NCBI GenBank assembly: GCA_002104905.1 | Contig: MCFE01000050.1 | Coordinates: forward strand, 1-64,000 | Length of the DNA: 64,000 bases | Origin: Basidiobolus meristosporus CBS 931.73 | Taxonomy: Eukaryota; Fungi; Basidiobolomycota | Direction of reading: 5' to 3' | Shown here: piece by piece, positions 1 to 11,187 of the stretch | How positions within the stretch are numbered: position 1 is the first letter of the stretch | Layout of the letters: every line of letters begins with the position of its first letter | Notes under the pieces: model-generated | Seen by the model: the letters and a program-made list of their open reading frames with translations, nothing else | Told to the model about the DNA's origin: nothing | The model's database searches: none | Program-made: the position numbers and the translations under genes

Positions 1-1716
1 AAGTACCAAATTTCAGAATTGTTGAAGAGTGGCAGTAATATTAGCAGAGAGGTACTGGTCTAATATTGGTCTTGGACACAGTAGGCTTTGGCTATAAAGA
101 CAACCAAGTTGGTTTGCTCTGCAGGCTATGCTTGGTGCTCTTGGCAGCACCCTATATACTAGGCTTTGATATAAACTAGAGTGGAATTGTTGAACTCTTA
201 GAGTTATTGAGACACACATGTAGCTTTGTTAAGACATGCACTAAACCAAAGGTTCAGTGACCTTATCTATACTTTTCTGATTGAAGTGAATTATTAAGCA
301 CTAAGATAATGAATAACTGATTGGAATCAAGTTTGGTGTTGATTAGTGAATAAGATAAAGCAAGTTGCATCATCATTCAGCTGATGTCTTAGCAACTGAC
401 AAGTCATTGGATGGATCCAAATTTCTAATCACAAAGGATAGCTTGGTAACTCAGTTGATAAGGTGGTGATCACATGTAAATATATCAGGAGTGAAAGCTA
501 AGAATGATTTCTGAGATTGCTTTTAATATCTGGGCTTGGATAGGTATACCATGCACTGACTCCCCACACCATCTCTGTCTGTTCTCTAGGCCTGATCTTG
601 GTACACCTTTGTTGTGCCTCCAGGCTCCTACAGTACTTCTATACTGAGCTGTTGGGATATAGATCTATACTTAACTCTGTCATTAAACTGTTTGAATTTC
701 TACTTGCATCAATGATACTATATTATCTACATTGCATAGGGACTGCTCTACTCATAATATTTGCTAATCTTGTCTCTCTCTCTTGCTTCCTGATGACTTT
801 GGACCATCACATCTAATCAATCAATCAATCCATTCATTTGCACCATCATTTGGTCATTGTATCCTGCCATCATAGTCTCAATGGAATGTAGTGGTACAGA
901 TGGGGTCACTTGATAGTCATTGGATGGATATGGTGCAGATCCTACATCTTAATATGCTTCCACATTTCAGTCCTCTTGTTCCTGTGTAGATCTCCTCCCT
1001 TGTGAACTTCCATGAAGGCATGGTGGGTGTAATCAATATTTGCACTAGGTACACTCTCAGCATAGCTTGTTCCAGTCTTAATGTTGCTTATTGGCTAAAG
1101 TCCAAAGCAAGCTGCTGACCTGCTAGATTTTGACTTGGAGTGTAATGTGACTTTTGATTTAGTGTGAGGTGCTACAAGTTTATATAAATTATTTACTGTG
1201 GCAACAAGTCAATATATCTGGTTTAATAAGGTAGTAATGTTTCATGTATGAAACTGTGAAAACCTGCTGAAGATTCACCCAATAAATGATGTAATAGCAC
1301 CAAAATGCTAGTCATTGATCAGTTTTCCCTCATGAACTCAATGGCTTTGATAAAATGGCATAAACAATGAGAGAAAATGCCTAGCTATTATGGTAAGGAA
1401 ATTCTCAGCCATGATGCAGAATGACAGCACAGAAAGTATTTCAAAAAGATATGGCCATTGTGTTGCCACACAAATCTCATCTGAAAAGCCCCCAACTGCA
1501 GCATTTTCTATAGCAATTAGCCAGTCACTAAGCAATCTCTTAACAGTGCCAGACTCCACAATCACCTTTGCTCAGCACAAGGATAGCAAAAAAACTGCAT
1601 ATGAAAGGAAAAATCTTGTGATGGATTTTCTAGGTAGCCAAGTAAACCCACTGATCCAATTACTGGTAAAGAAAGTGAAACTTTGGCTTTAGAAATGGTG
1701 TATCTCTACCAACATT
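1..1716. mobile_element. Degenerate repeat/TE-derived DNA, family not identified
   Basis: AT-rich, with no CpG found in 1-1734. 241-518 is a diverged inverted copy of 4291-4566. A decayed + frame at ~1141-1692 is interrupted by TGA/TAG/TAA stops. No recognisable domain. Confidence 0.5.
241..518 (-). repeat. Diverged dispersed repeat, inverted copy of 4291-4566
   Basis: Reverse complement aligns collinearly with 4291-4566 through shared blocks (CCTGAT.TATTT.CATGTGA, GTTGC.AAGACATCAGCT, AATCAAC.CCAAA, TCAGT). Roughly 65-70% identity by eye. Confidence 0.6.
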
Positions 1717-1733
1717 TTAGGGTTAGGGTTAGG
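1717..1733 (+). repeat. Interstitial telomere-like tract TTAGGG TTAGGG TTAGG
   Basis: Read directly at 1717-1733, at the junction between CpG-free DNA and the ABCB fragment. Confidence 0.85.
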
Positions 1734-3379
1734 TCGTATTGCTGGTGATGTTACGGTAATTCAAGAGGGGAAATCCCAGAAGGTCGGTCTTGTAATTCAG
1801 AATATTACTACCTTCATTAGTGGCTTTGTCTTGGCGTTTGTGAAGGGATGGAAGATGACGCTGGTTCTACTTTCCGCCCTCCCTCTGCTAGCAGCAGTCG
1901 GTGCATTGATGACGCGCTTTGTAACGCAAAACACATCAGGTGGACAAGGCGCATATGCAAGCGCAGGAGGTGTCGCTGACGAAGTTCTCTCTTCCATCAA
2001 AACAGTTTATGCTTTTGGAAGCCAGAAACGTGAAATCCTCCGTTACAATGCCAACCTGGATGTAGCACAAAGAGCTGGCGTAAAGCGGAGTATATTCGAG
2101 GGACTTGGTTTAGGTCTCATGATGATGATTGTTTATTTCACCTATGCTCTTGGCTTTTGGTACGGCTCTCGGCTGATTTTTGATCACACGATGACCTCTG
2201 AGCAAGTTTTGAATGTTATCATCTCTCTTATGCTCGGTGCAATGTCTCTAGGTACAGCTTCCCCCTACATGAGCTCTATTAGCTCTGCCCAAGGTGCTGC
2301 TGCCAAAGTCTACGAGATCATCGAGCGCCAATCTAGGATTGATCCTTCTGCAGACGAAGGTAGACGCATAGACTACTCAAATCCAGCAAAATCTCTTCAA
2401 GGATATATAGAGTTTCAAGACGTCAGTTTCACGTACCCTTGTCGACCGGATGTCCCAATCCTAAAGAATTTCAGCCTGCAAGTTAAGCCAGGCCAGACGG
2501 TTGCCCTAGTTGGATCTAGCGGTAGTGGAAAGAGTACCTGCGTACAGCTCTTGGAGCGCTTCTACGACCCTACCAAAGGAACAGTCAGCATCGATGGAAT
2601 TGACCTCAAGGAGTTTAACATCAAGGACCTGCGCAGAAGCATAGGCCTTGAGGGACAAGAGCCGGTTCTATTCGGTACTAGTATTTACGAAAACATGATA
2701 TTCCCACCCGCGAAGAGGTGGAACAAGCCTGCAAATTAGCCAACGCCCATGACTTCATATCGGCTCTCCCCGACAGGTACGACACCCTTGTCGGTGAGAA
2801 GGGTGCACTCCTCTCTGGCGGCCAAAAGCAAAGAATTGCCATTGCACGTGCGTTGATCAAGAACCCCAGGATCCTGTTGTTGCATGAGGCCACCAGTGCG
2901 TTGGACACGGAATCAGAGGGAATTGTCCAGGATGCATTGGACAAGGCGGCCCGCGACAAAACCACCATTGTGATTGCACACCGTCTTTCAACCATCAAAA
3001 ATGCCGACCTAATTGTTGTCATGCAGCAGGGAACAACGGTGGAATCGGGTACCCATAGCGAGCTGATTGCACAAGAAGGAGTCTATGCTGGTCTGGTGAG
3101 AACACAAGAGCTCAGAAAGTCCGAAGACCAGAGAGAGCAGGAGGCTACTGCGGATGCAGTAGATGCTGTCGGCCACATACTAGGAGAGAATCATGTCGAC
3201 CCAATTTCCAAGCTCGCCAGTCGTTTTTCGCAATACACAGCTGTGTCTGAAGAGAGCAAGGAGTCTAAGGCTTCGATCTATCTGTACTAGCCGGTAAGAA
3301 CGTTGCTTTAGTCGGCTCCTCTGGTTCAGGTAAATCCACGATAGTTTCCCTGGTGCAACGTTTCTATGACGTCACTCAA
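1733..3379 (+). pseudogene. ABCB/MDR (P-glycoprotein-like) transporter pseudogene fragment
   Basis: Begins mid-TMD1 (RIAGDVTVIQEG..VGLVIQNITTFISGFVLAFVKGWKMTLV). NBD1 has Walker [10 protein letters not shown] and signature [14 protein letters not shown]; Walker B is altered ([11 protein letters not shown]). Frameshifting deletion at ~2693. The linker joins directly to an out-of-frame NBD2 start ([34 protein letters not shown], 3269-3379), so TMD2 is missing. Confidence 0.9.
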
Positions 3380-3743
3380 GTACGCCAAAGAGAAAATTTA
3401 AATGCGACTTGCCAGAGTGCCTATAAGCCCAAATCCGGTGTTAAATAGTGAAGAGTAAATTTGGAATTTTTGGTTGTATAATAAACATTCAGGATTAATT
3501 ATATTCTGTAAAGTGGGCCAAATTCTTTTCATTAGCATGCAAATCCTTGTGGTGTCCCGTCCCTAGAAATATCACTAAGCAGAAGTTACATAATCGTCTC
3601 ATAATACTAAATTGATAAGTCTCATGAACATGCATAGGTATTAATATTTACCCAGAATGAAAGTAGAGCTTATTCAACGAATTGATACAAATATTTTACT
3701 TTTTATGCCATGATGATGATGCACGCAAGTACAACAAACAAAC

Positions 3744-4019
3744 GAGAATACTGACCAAATTCCTTGTTGGGATTTACTTGGAATATTTCTACCAAAATAC
3801 CAGGTACTCACAACATGAAAATTCTCAAAGTTGACCAAGCAGGCCCAAACTTTGCACACATGCTCTTGGGACCTTCTGTAACCTATTTTATATGTTTGTG
3901 ATGCCAAGACTATGTCAAAATATAAATACTACTTCTATATTCAATAAATCATTAAGTGAAAACCACATAATCTACTTGTTCTCCCAATCACTTCCAATAT
4001 CTCCCAGACTCTTACAACA
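3744..4019 (+). mobile_element. Truncated solo LTR of the neighbouring Copia family, opposite orientation
   Basis: Ends GACTCTTACAACA at 4019, the reverse complement of the LTR end TGTTGTAAGAGTC at 4724 and 9309. About 88-90% identical over ~276 bp by eye. Confidence 0.85.
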
Positions 4020-4290
4020 GAAACAAAGTCACTTATAAATTCAAGGCTCTGAAGATGACATCATAGTTGTCCTATTGAGCAGACAACCAGACAGGCTTCA
4101 GAACCTAACAATTGCTTTTCAGCCTAGAGCCAAGGACTTGGAATTAGACTATATTGTGGCCAGATAGCTACATTATTGTGAATCAGCATTCAAGACTTGG
4201 GTAAACTTACCAAGTCAGAGAATCTAGTACTTGGACAGATTTTCCCCAGACTCAAAAATACCTAATAATAGTTATTATTATTATTATCTC

Positions 4291-4566
4291 ATCTCATAAT
4301 CTTTTGTACCTATCACACCTGATCTATTTTCATGTGAACTATGCTTTGTCAGCTGATTTGGCATGCCTTCCCTAGTGAGAAATAATTTGAGATCTATCTA
4401 ACAACTTATTAGTTGCCAAGACATCAGCTAACTTATTGTCCAATGTTAATTTATCTTCTGCCCAATCAACTCCAAATATGCCTTCATTCAGTAATCATTC
4501 TCTTAGCAGTTACTAGTTAACTCTCATAAGAAAGGTATAAGTGAAGTCAAGTTAACCTTTTAGCTT
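4291..4566 (+). repeat. Diverged dispersed repeat, partner of 241-518
   Basis: See the 241-518 entry. Confidence 0.6.
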
Positions 4567-4723
4567 AGTTGCCAACAAAACAATTTGAACCAAATTGGAC
4601 CTGATCTTGATCAAGATGGTTGATTCCCATCAGAATCCTGGCAGTGAAACAGCATTTTGAATTTCCTACAATACACTGCTAAATATTCTATGGCCTTGAT
4701 TTTGCATTTTGGCAGTTATTTTC

Positions 4724-5072
4724 TGTTGTAAGAGTCTTGGAGATATTGGAAGTGATTGGGAGAACAAGTAGATTATGTGGTTGTCACTTGATGATTTATT
4801 AAATGTAAAAGTAGTATTTATACTTTTACATGATCTTGGCATTACAAACACATAGAACAGGTTAAAGAAGGTCCCAAGAACATGTGTGCAAAGTTTGGGG
4901 CTGTTTGGACAACTTTGAGAATTTTTCTGTTCTAGGTACCTGGTATTTTGGTGAAAATATTCCAAGTAAATCCCAACAAGGAATTTGGTCAGTATTCTCT
5001 AGGATTTGAATGTAATGATCTAAGTGACTAAGTTAGGTGAGTATTTAGGTGGAAATACAAATTTTTACAACA
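4724..5072 (-). repeat. 3' LTR of the Copia element
   Basis: 349 bp direct repeat of 9309-9657, with about 24 mismatches by eye (~93%). Preceded on the minus strand by a polypurine tract AGTGGGAG (5073-5080). Confidence 0.95.
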
Positions 5073-5083
5073 CTCCCACTCAG

Positions 5084-8000
5084 CTAAATGTTCATACTGA
5101 CTAGTCCTAATTTTGACCTAAGATATTCAAACTTGTCACTAGCTAATGGTTTAGTAAGTATGTCTGCAGTCATATAATCTGTAGGACAGTAAACTAAGCT
5201 AACTAAGTTATTCTCTATAGCTTCACATATGAAATGATGTCTAATATCTATGTGCTTGGCTCTAGCATGAAAAGTTGGATTTCTACCTCATTGTATACAT
5301 CCTTGATTATCTTGAAATAAAGTAATAGGTGTTTTTTGACATATGCCTAAATCTGTAAAGAGCTTTCTTGAACACATTGCTTTTTTTTAGCTTCACAGAC
5401 TGCCATGTACTCTGCCTCTGTGGTAGAAAGTGTTATGGTAGGTTGCTTTCTTGAGTTCCATGAAATTGCTCCTTTACAATAAAGAAAGGTGTATCTTGTG
5501 GTGGATCTTCTGTCTTCCAAATTTTGTCCCCAATCAGCATCAGAGTATCCCACAAGATCCTGTTCTGAATCCTTATAAGTGTATCTTAAGCAGATATCAG
5601 CAGTTCCTTTTAGGTATCTAAAAATCTGCTGAACTGCTGCAATATGATCAGATCCATAGTTCTGATTATGTTGGCTGACAACTCCCACTGAATATGAGAT
5701 ATCTGGACGTGTTCCAAGCATGATATACATCAGACTGCCAACTATAGATTGATATGGAAAATCAGGGCTTTCAGCTGGCACTAAGCTCTCTTAATTTGAT
5801 TGAGTTTTAACAAAGTTAAGGTTTGTCACCATAGGGGTAGCTACTAGTTTACAGTCTTCCATTTTGTACTTCTTTAGTATATCTTGAATATACTTGGATT
5901 GGCTTAGAGTAATATTCTGGGTACTTCTGTCTATGGAGAACTTAATCCCTTAGTAGTAACTGAGTTCTCCTAGATTGGATATCTTGAACTCCTTAGATAG
6001 GCTGGATTTAGTCTCTTCCAATGTTTCTAGGTTATTGGCAGCTATAATAAGATCATCCACATATAGAGCTAATAGAACTGGATTTGCTCTATCTGGCTTA
6101 TAGTGTATACTATGGTCAGCTTTACTTCTTTTGAAACGCAAAGATTCCAAATAAGAATCTATCTTGCAATTCCAGGCTCTTGGTGATTGTTTGAGACCAT
6201 ATTGTGACTTTTTAAGCTTGCAGACCAGATGGGGTTTATCATGGTCAACAAACCCATCAGGCTGGTTCATATACACATCCTCATCAAGTTCTCCATTCAA
6301 AATGCAGTTTTTAGATCCATTGATGAATAAAAAACTTATATTTGGCTGCAATAGCTAATATGAATCTAATGGAACTTGGCTACTGGTGAAAAGGTCTCAG
6401 TATAGTCAAGTCCTTTTGTTTGAGAGTATCCTTTGGCAACAAGTCTTGTTTTGTATCTTTCAATTGTACCATCAGCCTTGAATTTTGTCTTGAAGACCCA
6501 TCTGCATCCAATTGATTTTTGGTTGGTTGGTAATTTGACCAAGTACCAAGTTTGATTTTCCATCAGGGCCTGATATTCATCAGTCATTGCAGATCTCCAA
6601 AACTTTGTGTGAGGGCTATTTAGGGCCGCTTTTACAGTCTGAGGCTCACCAATATGGACTGAATAGGCATAGGCTAAGTTTGTACCCTCATTGATATAGT
6701 AATTTGGGCTATTTCTTGTCCAATTGGATATCTGGGCACTTGATACTGGAATGATCACTTCTGGGATATTCCTGGGCACTGCTTCAGGCTGAACCATGGT
6801 TGTAGAGCTCTCTGGAGTGAAAAAGTTTTCTTTGTTTTGCTCTGATTCAATCCTGACAATTGGTGGATTTGAGATCAGATTTTTGTCATCATCTGATGTC
6901 ATTTTTTGTAAAAATTCTGAATTTTCATCAAACAACACACCCCTGGACTTGATTAGCTTCTTTGCTGTGGTATTGCAGAGTCTGTATGCTTTACTCTCAT
7001 TGCAGTAACCCAAAAATATGCATTTGACACTTTTTGGCTCAAATTTTGACTGATTTCTGGGTAGTTTCTTGGCATATGCTGTACATCCAAATATTCTTAG
7101 ATGTTCTGCACTTGGTTTGTATTCATACCATGCTTCAAATGGAAAAGAATCACAAAGTATTCTGTTATAACTCCTATTTCTAAGGTATACAGCTGTGGCA
7201 ACTGATTCCACCCAAAAATCATAGGATAATTTTTGATCATGGATCATAGTTCTTGCCATATCAATTATTGATCTGTTAGCATATTCTGCCACTCCATGTT
7301 GCTGTGGGGAGTATGGTACAGTAGTCTCTTGCTTTATCCCATGAATTTGCAGAAGTGGATGAAGAGTTTTGAGGTATATTCTCCACTATTGTCAGAGTGT
7401 ATTTTCTTGATTTTTTCACTTGTTTCTCTCTCCACCATGGCTTTAAACTCCCTGAACTTAGACAGAGCTTCTTTCTTTCTCTCCATGAAGTAGACCCATG
7501 TGTATCATGTATAAGGATAAATTTTTCATAGGTCCACATAGATCCAAGTGAATTAGATCTAATTTTTTCTTAGTTTTGACTAACCCAGAGCTCTTGAACA
7601 GTTGTCTGACCTGTTTCCCATATATGCAGGCTTCACAGTGCTCCAAATTAGCTGGGGGATCAATTTTTACTCCGGAAATTAGCTGATCTTTGATCATTTT
7701 GTGCAAATAATCAATATAGATGTGTCCAAATCTCCTGTGTCAAAGCATTGGTGTTTCTTCATTTAAGTTACTTATATTGGCTTCCAAATATGATGGAATA
7801 TTAGTCAACCTGTATAGATTCTAATCTCTTACACCCAAGGCAATATGGGCACCATTTTGATCAGTAATCTTGCATCCAGAATTGTCAGAGCTGAAACTGA
7901 GTCCTTCTGCAGTGGCCTTGCTTACAGATAGTAGGTTCTGGGTTATTTCTGGTACATAGAGTACTTCTTTAAAGGTTAGTGTATGGCTTCCTTCACTGCT

Positions 8001-9277
8001 TCTAAGGTTTACTTGGATAGTTCCTTCTCCCACTGCATTAAGTGTTTTATTGTCATACATGAAAACCTTCTTAATTGGAATCTCTTGATATTGGGTAAAA
8101 AGTTCTTGTATAGGTTCTGATCTCTGATAACTAAAGCAATATGGGCACCATTTTGATCAGTGATCCTGCATCCAAAATTGTCAAAACTGAAACTGAGTCC
8201 TTCAGCTGTGGCCTTGCTTACAGATAGTAGGTTCTTTACTATTTCTGATACACATAGTACCTCTCTAAAGGTCAGTGTATGGCTCTCTTCACTGTTTCTA
8301 TGGCTTACTTGGATAGTTCCTTCTCCCACTGCATCAAGTGTTTTATTGTCATACATGAAATCCTTCTTGATTGGAATTTCTTAATATTGGGTAAAAAGTT
8401 CTTTTTGGTGTGTAAAGTGTTGAGATGCTCCAGAGTCAGTATACCACATCTGAGAATCCTTGTTTGTGGTCATATTTAGTGCAGATATCAACAGTCTATC
8501 TTCAGATGTTGCAGCATTTCCATATTCAGGCTTCTTTTGCTGATTATCTCTCTTTTTGAGACACCAGTCTGATGTGCATCCTTTCCTTTTGCAGTAGTTG
8601 CAAAACATGTTACTGTTGCCTTTGTAGGGTCTTGGGTATCTCCTTTGTTGGTTAGCATTGCTAATTAAAGCAGTTTCTTCTTCCTTCTTATTGGTGCTTG
8701 ATTTTCTTAATTCTTCATCTAGGGGCCTTCCACATACGCAATTTAAGGTCAAATCTTCAGTTTTGGACTCTAGGGCTGATACAGGACCCTGAAACTTATC
8801 TGTCAGGCTATTCAGGATGGTAACTATCACATCCTCATCAATAGTTGGTATGCCCACAGATTCCATCTCATCCACCAGCAGGGTAATTCTGTTAATTAGA
8901 TTTTTCATTTCTTCTCCTGGCTGCATCTTTGTAGTAAAGAGTTTTTGTCTCAAATACATTTTCTTGGCAGCTAAACATGACTGGTAGGTGTTGTCTAATG
9001 CTTTCCAGGCATTCTTTGCTGTTTTTGCTCTTGAGCATTGAATTAGCAATTTATCTTTAACATTAAAGCAAATGCAGATAAAGACAATTTGTTCTTTCTT
9101 CTGGTACTTTAAGGTTTCCTCTCCCATGTTTTTAGGAGGGCATTCTTCTCCCATGGCAATATCCCAAAGGCCTCTTTCTTGTAGCAGCATCTTCATCTTT
9201 GCCTTCCACACTTGGAAGTTAGATCCATCCAACTTTTCAGCAAAGGGAAAAATTCCTGTAATAGCAGTAGTAGACAT
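5084..9277 (-). pseudogene. Copia gag-pol polyprotein, disrupted
   Basis: Likely ATG at 9277 (MSTTAITGIFPFAEKLDG). Split across ORFs 8381-9436, 8009-8356, 7821-8060, 7458-7706, 6366-7292, 5950-6351 and 5347-5781. RNase H end ADILTKPL..MNI* has its stop at 5084-5086. Confidence 0.9.
7811..8402. repeat. 296-bp tandem duplication inside the Copia protease region
   Basis: CAATATGGGCACC occurs at 7841 and 8137. The copies are ~90% identical by eye and both encode MYDNKTL.AVGEGTIQV...QNGAHIAL. 296 is not a multiple of 3. Confidence 0.9.
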
Positions 9278-9296
9278 TGCAGAGAGTGATAGCTTG

Positions 9297-9308
9297 GGGC
9301 TCACAGCC
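9297..9308 (-). promoter_or_regulatory. Primer binding site, internal (half) tRNA-iMet type
   Basis: Minus strand reads GGCTGTGAGCCC immediately after the 5' LTR. This is 2 mismatches from GGTTATGAGCCC, the internal tRNA-iMet complement used by Ty5/copia-type elements. Confidence 0.6.
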
Positions 9309-9657
9309 TGTTGTAAGAGTCTTGGAGATATTGGAAGTGACTGGGAGAACAAGTAGATTATGTTGTTTTCACTTAATGATTTATTGAATGTAAAAGTAGT
9401 ATTTGTACTTTTACATGATCCTGACATAACAAACACATAGTATAGGTTAAGGAAGGTCCCAAGAGTATGTGTGCAAAGTTTGAGGCTGTTTGGACAACTT
9501 TGAGAATTTTCATGTCCTTGGTACCTGGTATTTTGGTGAAAATATTCTAAGTAAATCCCAACAAGGAATTTGGTCAGTATTCCCTAGGATTTGAATGTAA
9601 TGATCTAAGTGACTAAGTTAGGTGAATATTTAGGTGGAATTACAAATCTTTACAACA
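9309..9657 (-). repeat. 5' LTR of the Copia element
   Basis: 349 bp with TGTTGTAAG...TTACAACA ends, followed on the minus strand by the PBS and gag. Confidence 0.95.
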
Positions 9658-10173
9658 GCTATTCCATAAATAGTTGCTATTGATAGGTACTAATATCTCT
9701 TGTTTGTCTACCTGTAAAAACACATCAACCTTCCTTAATGTGCTCATCTCCATCATCTATGCACAATGGTACTTAGTCTGCACACTGGCCAAATCCCCAT
9801 AGAGCTGGTACTATTTGTAGCAAAGATACCTGGCATATATATGCTGTACCTCAAATGCTACCACTATGATCATCTCTAGAGCTTTGGCAAGACACCAAGG
9901 TCCTTGCAGCCAATAGATCCCTGCATGGCTGTATGATTGTTCTACTTACTTCCTTGCTTACTTCTTTGATTTGCCAGATCCCATAGCAGAGCTTCTAGAT
10001 CACTGTACATTCCCATTGAGTGTCTGTTATGTACAGATGACATTTGCCTCAAAGTAAATATCAGCTTATATCCCACTTGTGGTTTCTTTGAAGCACTCAA
10101 CAAATAGTTCATTGATTCAGGCCTGATATGAGGTACCCAGATTATGACCTTTCTCAATGTTGCCCAAAAGCCC

Positions 10174-10348
10174 CCAAGCTTTGTACACACACTCCTGGGA
10201 CCTTCCTTAACAAACTCTACATGCTTGTTTGCTCTACTCCATCAAAAGTATAAATACCATACTTTTGATCAATAAATCTACAAATGAGTAACATGTAACC
10301 CCTCTAGTTCTCCACGTCACTTCCAATACTCCTCAGAGTATTGCAACA
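10174..10348 (+). mobile_element. Diverged LTR fragment, same family, + orientation
   Basis: Shares CTTTG.ACACA..CTC.TGGGACCTTC, CAATAAATC and TCACTTCCAATA..CC.CAGA.T.TT.CAACA with the solo LTR at 3744-4019. Confidence 0.7.
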
Positions 10349-10364
10349 TGGTGTATCTGATGTC

Positions 10365-10485
10365 TTGGTAAAATATTCCAAGTAAATCCCAACAAAGAAT
10401 TTAGTCAGTATTCACTGAGAATCATAGGTGATGATCTGAGTGACTAAGTTAGGTGAATATTTAGGTGTAACTACAAATTCTCACA
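10365..10485 (-). mobile_element. LTR fragment, same family, - orientation
   Basis: AAAATATTCCAAGTAAATCCCAACAA.GAATTT.GTCAGTATT...GTGACTAAGTTAGGTGAATATTTAGGTG matches the right third of 9309-9657. Confidence 0.8.
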
Positions 10486-11067
10486 CCAGGTAGTAGTGGG
10501 TAAGCAAATAAATAGGGGTGACTTTACAGCAGAATATATGAATGGTGCAAGGGGGGTAAAAAAAGGAAATATTGCTTAGTAAATTGGTTTTGTAGCATTA
10601 TACAGGAATAGCAGTAGGCGGCAATACTGCTGTTATAATGCCAATAGATGTCCACATCAAGGCCATCAAAACACTGTCAAGTTTTTTTCCATATATGGCA
10701 TTTGCACATATTGGCTGGTTGGGTCTGCTTAGATAAATAGAGATTGTAATAAGACCATCAGCATGCCATGCAAATACCAACCATGGACTGCTAAATCAAC
10801 ATCAAGCTTATTAACCTATTTGGCAGTAAAAGCAGCAGAACACCATCACAGTCCCATCATGAGATTGTAAAGAGGGTCATCAGTTCCAAGCTGCTGGCAT
10901 TGTGACAGCCTCATTGTGAGATCCCAACAGCTGATCTGGATTGGATCCACCTCTAGGACCAAATTACTTTTCATAGTGATTGATAGGCACACCAAGAGGT
11001 TGTAGCACTTCTTCAAGAGCAGAGCTCAAGAAAATACACTTGAATATTGCAAGGACTGGTAGATGAT

Positions 11068-11187
11068 GTGAAAATATTTCAAGTAAATCCTGACAAGGAA
11101 TTTGGCCAGAATCCTCTAAGATTTGTAGACTATGATCTAAGTGGCTAAGTCAGTGGATATTTAGGTAAAATTACAAAATTTACAACA
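11068..11187 (-). mobile_element. LTR fragment, same family, - orientation
   Basis: GTGAAAATATT.CAAGTAAATCC..ACAAGGAATTTGG...GATCTAAGTG.CTAAGT...ATTTAGGT...TTTACAACA. Confidence 0.75.

Larger units (their letters stand above)
4724..9657 (-). mobile_element. Ty1/Copia LTR retrotransposon, near full length, inactivated
   Basis: Two 349-bp LTRs with TGTTGTAA...TTACAACA ends. Minus-strand order gag (KLDGSNFQVWK, CNYC zinc knuckle), PR (YTDSGASQH), pre-integrase (L*HRRFGH, CEAC), IN, RT (RLVAKGYSQ, YVDDLII), RNase H (GYSDADW, STTEAEY, ADILTKPL) is the Copia order. Multiple stops and frameshifts; no 5-bp TSD. Confidence 0.95.

Noticed and set aside
8381-9436. 351-aa ORF apparently starting inside the 5' LTR
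   Set aside because: The extension upstream of ATG 9277 is just stop-free LTR/PBS sequence; the same peptide appears from LTR copies at 4666-4965.
4724-9657. Classical RIP as the cause of TE decay
   Set aside because: LTR mismatches are transition-rich but not confined to CpA/TpG, about 30% are transversions, and long ORF stretches survive.
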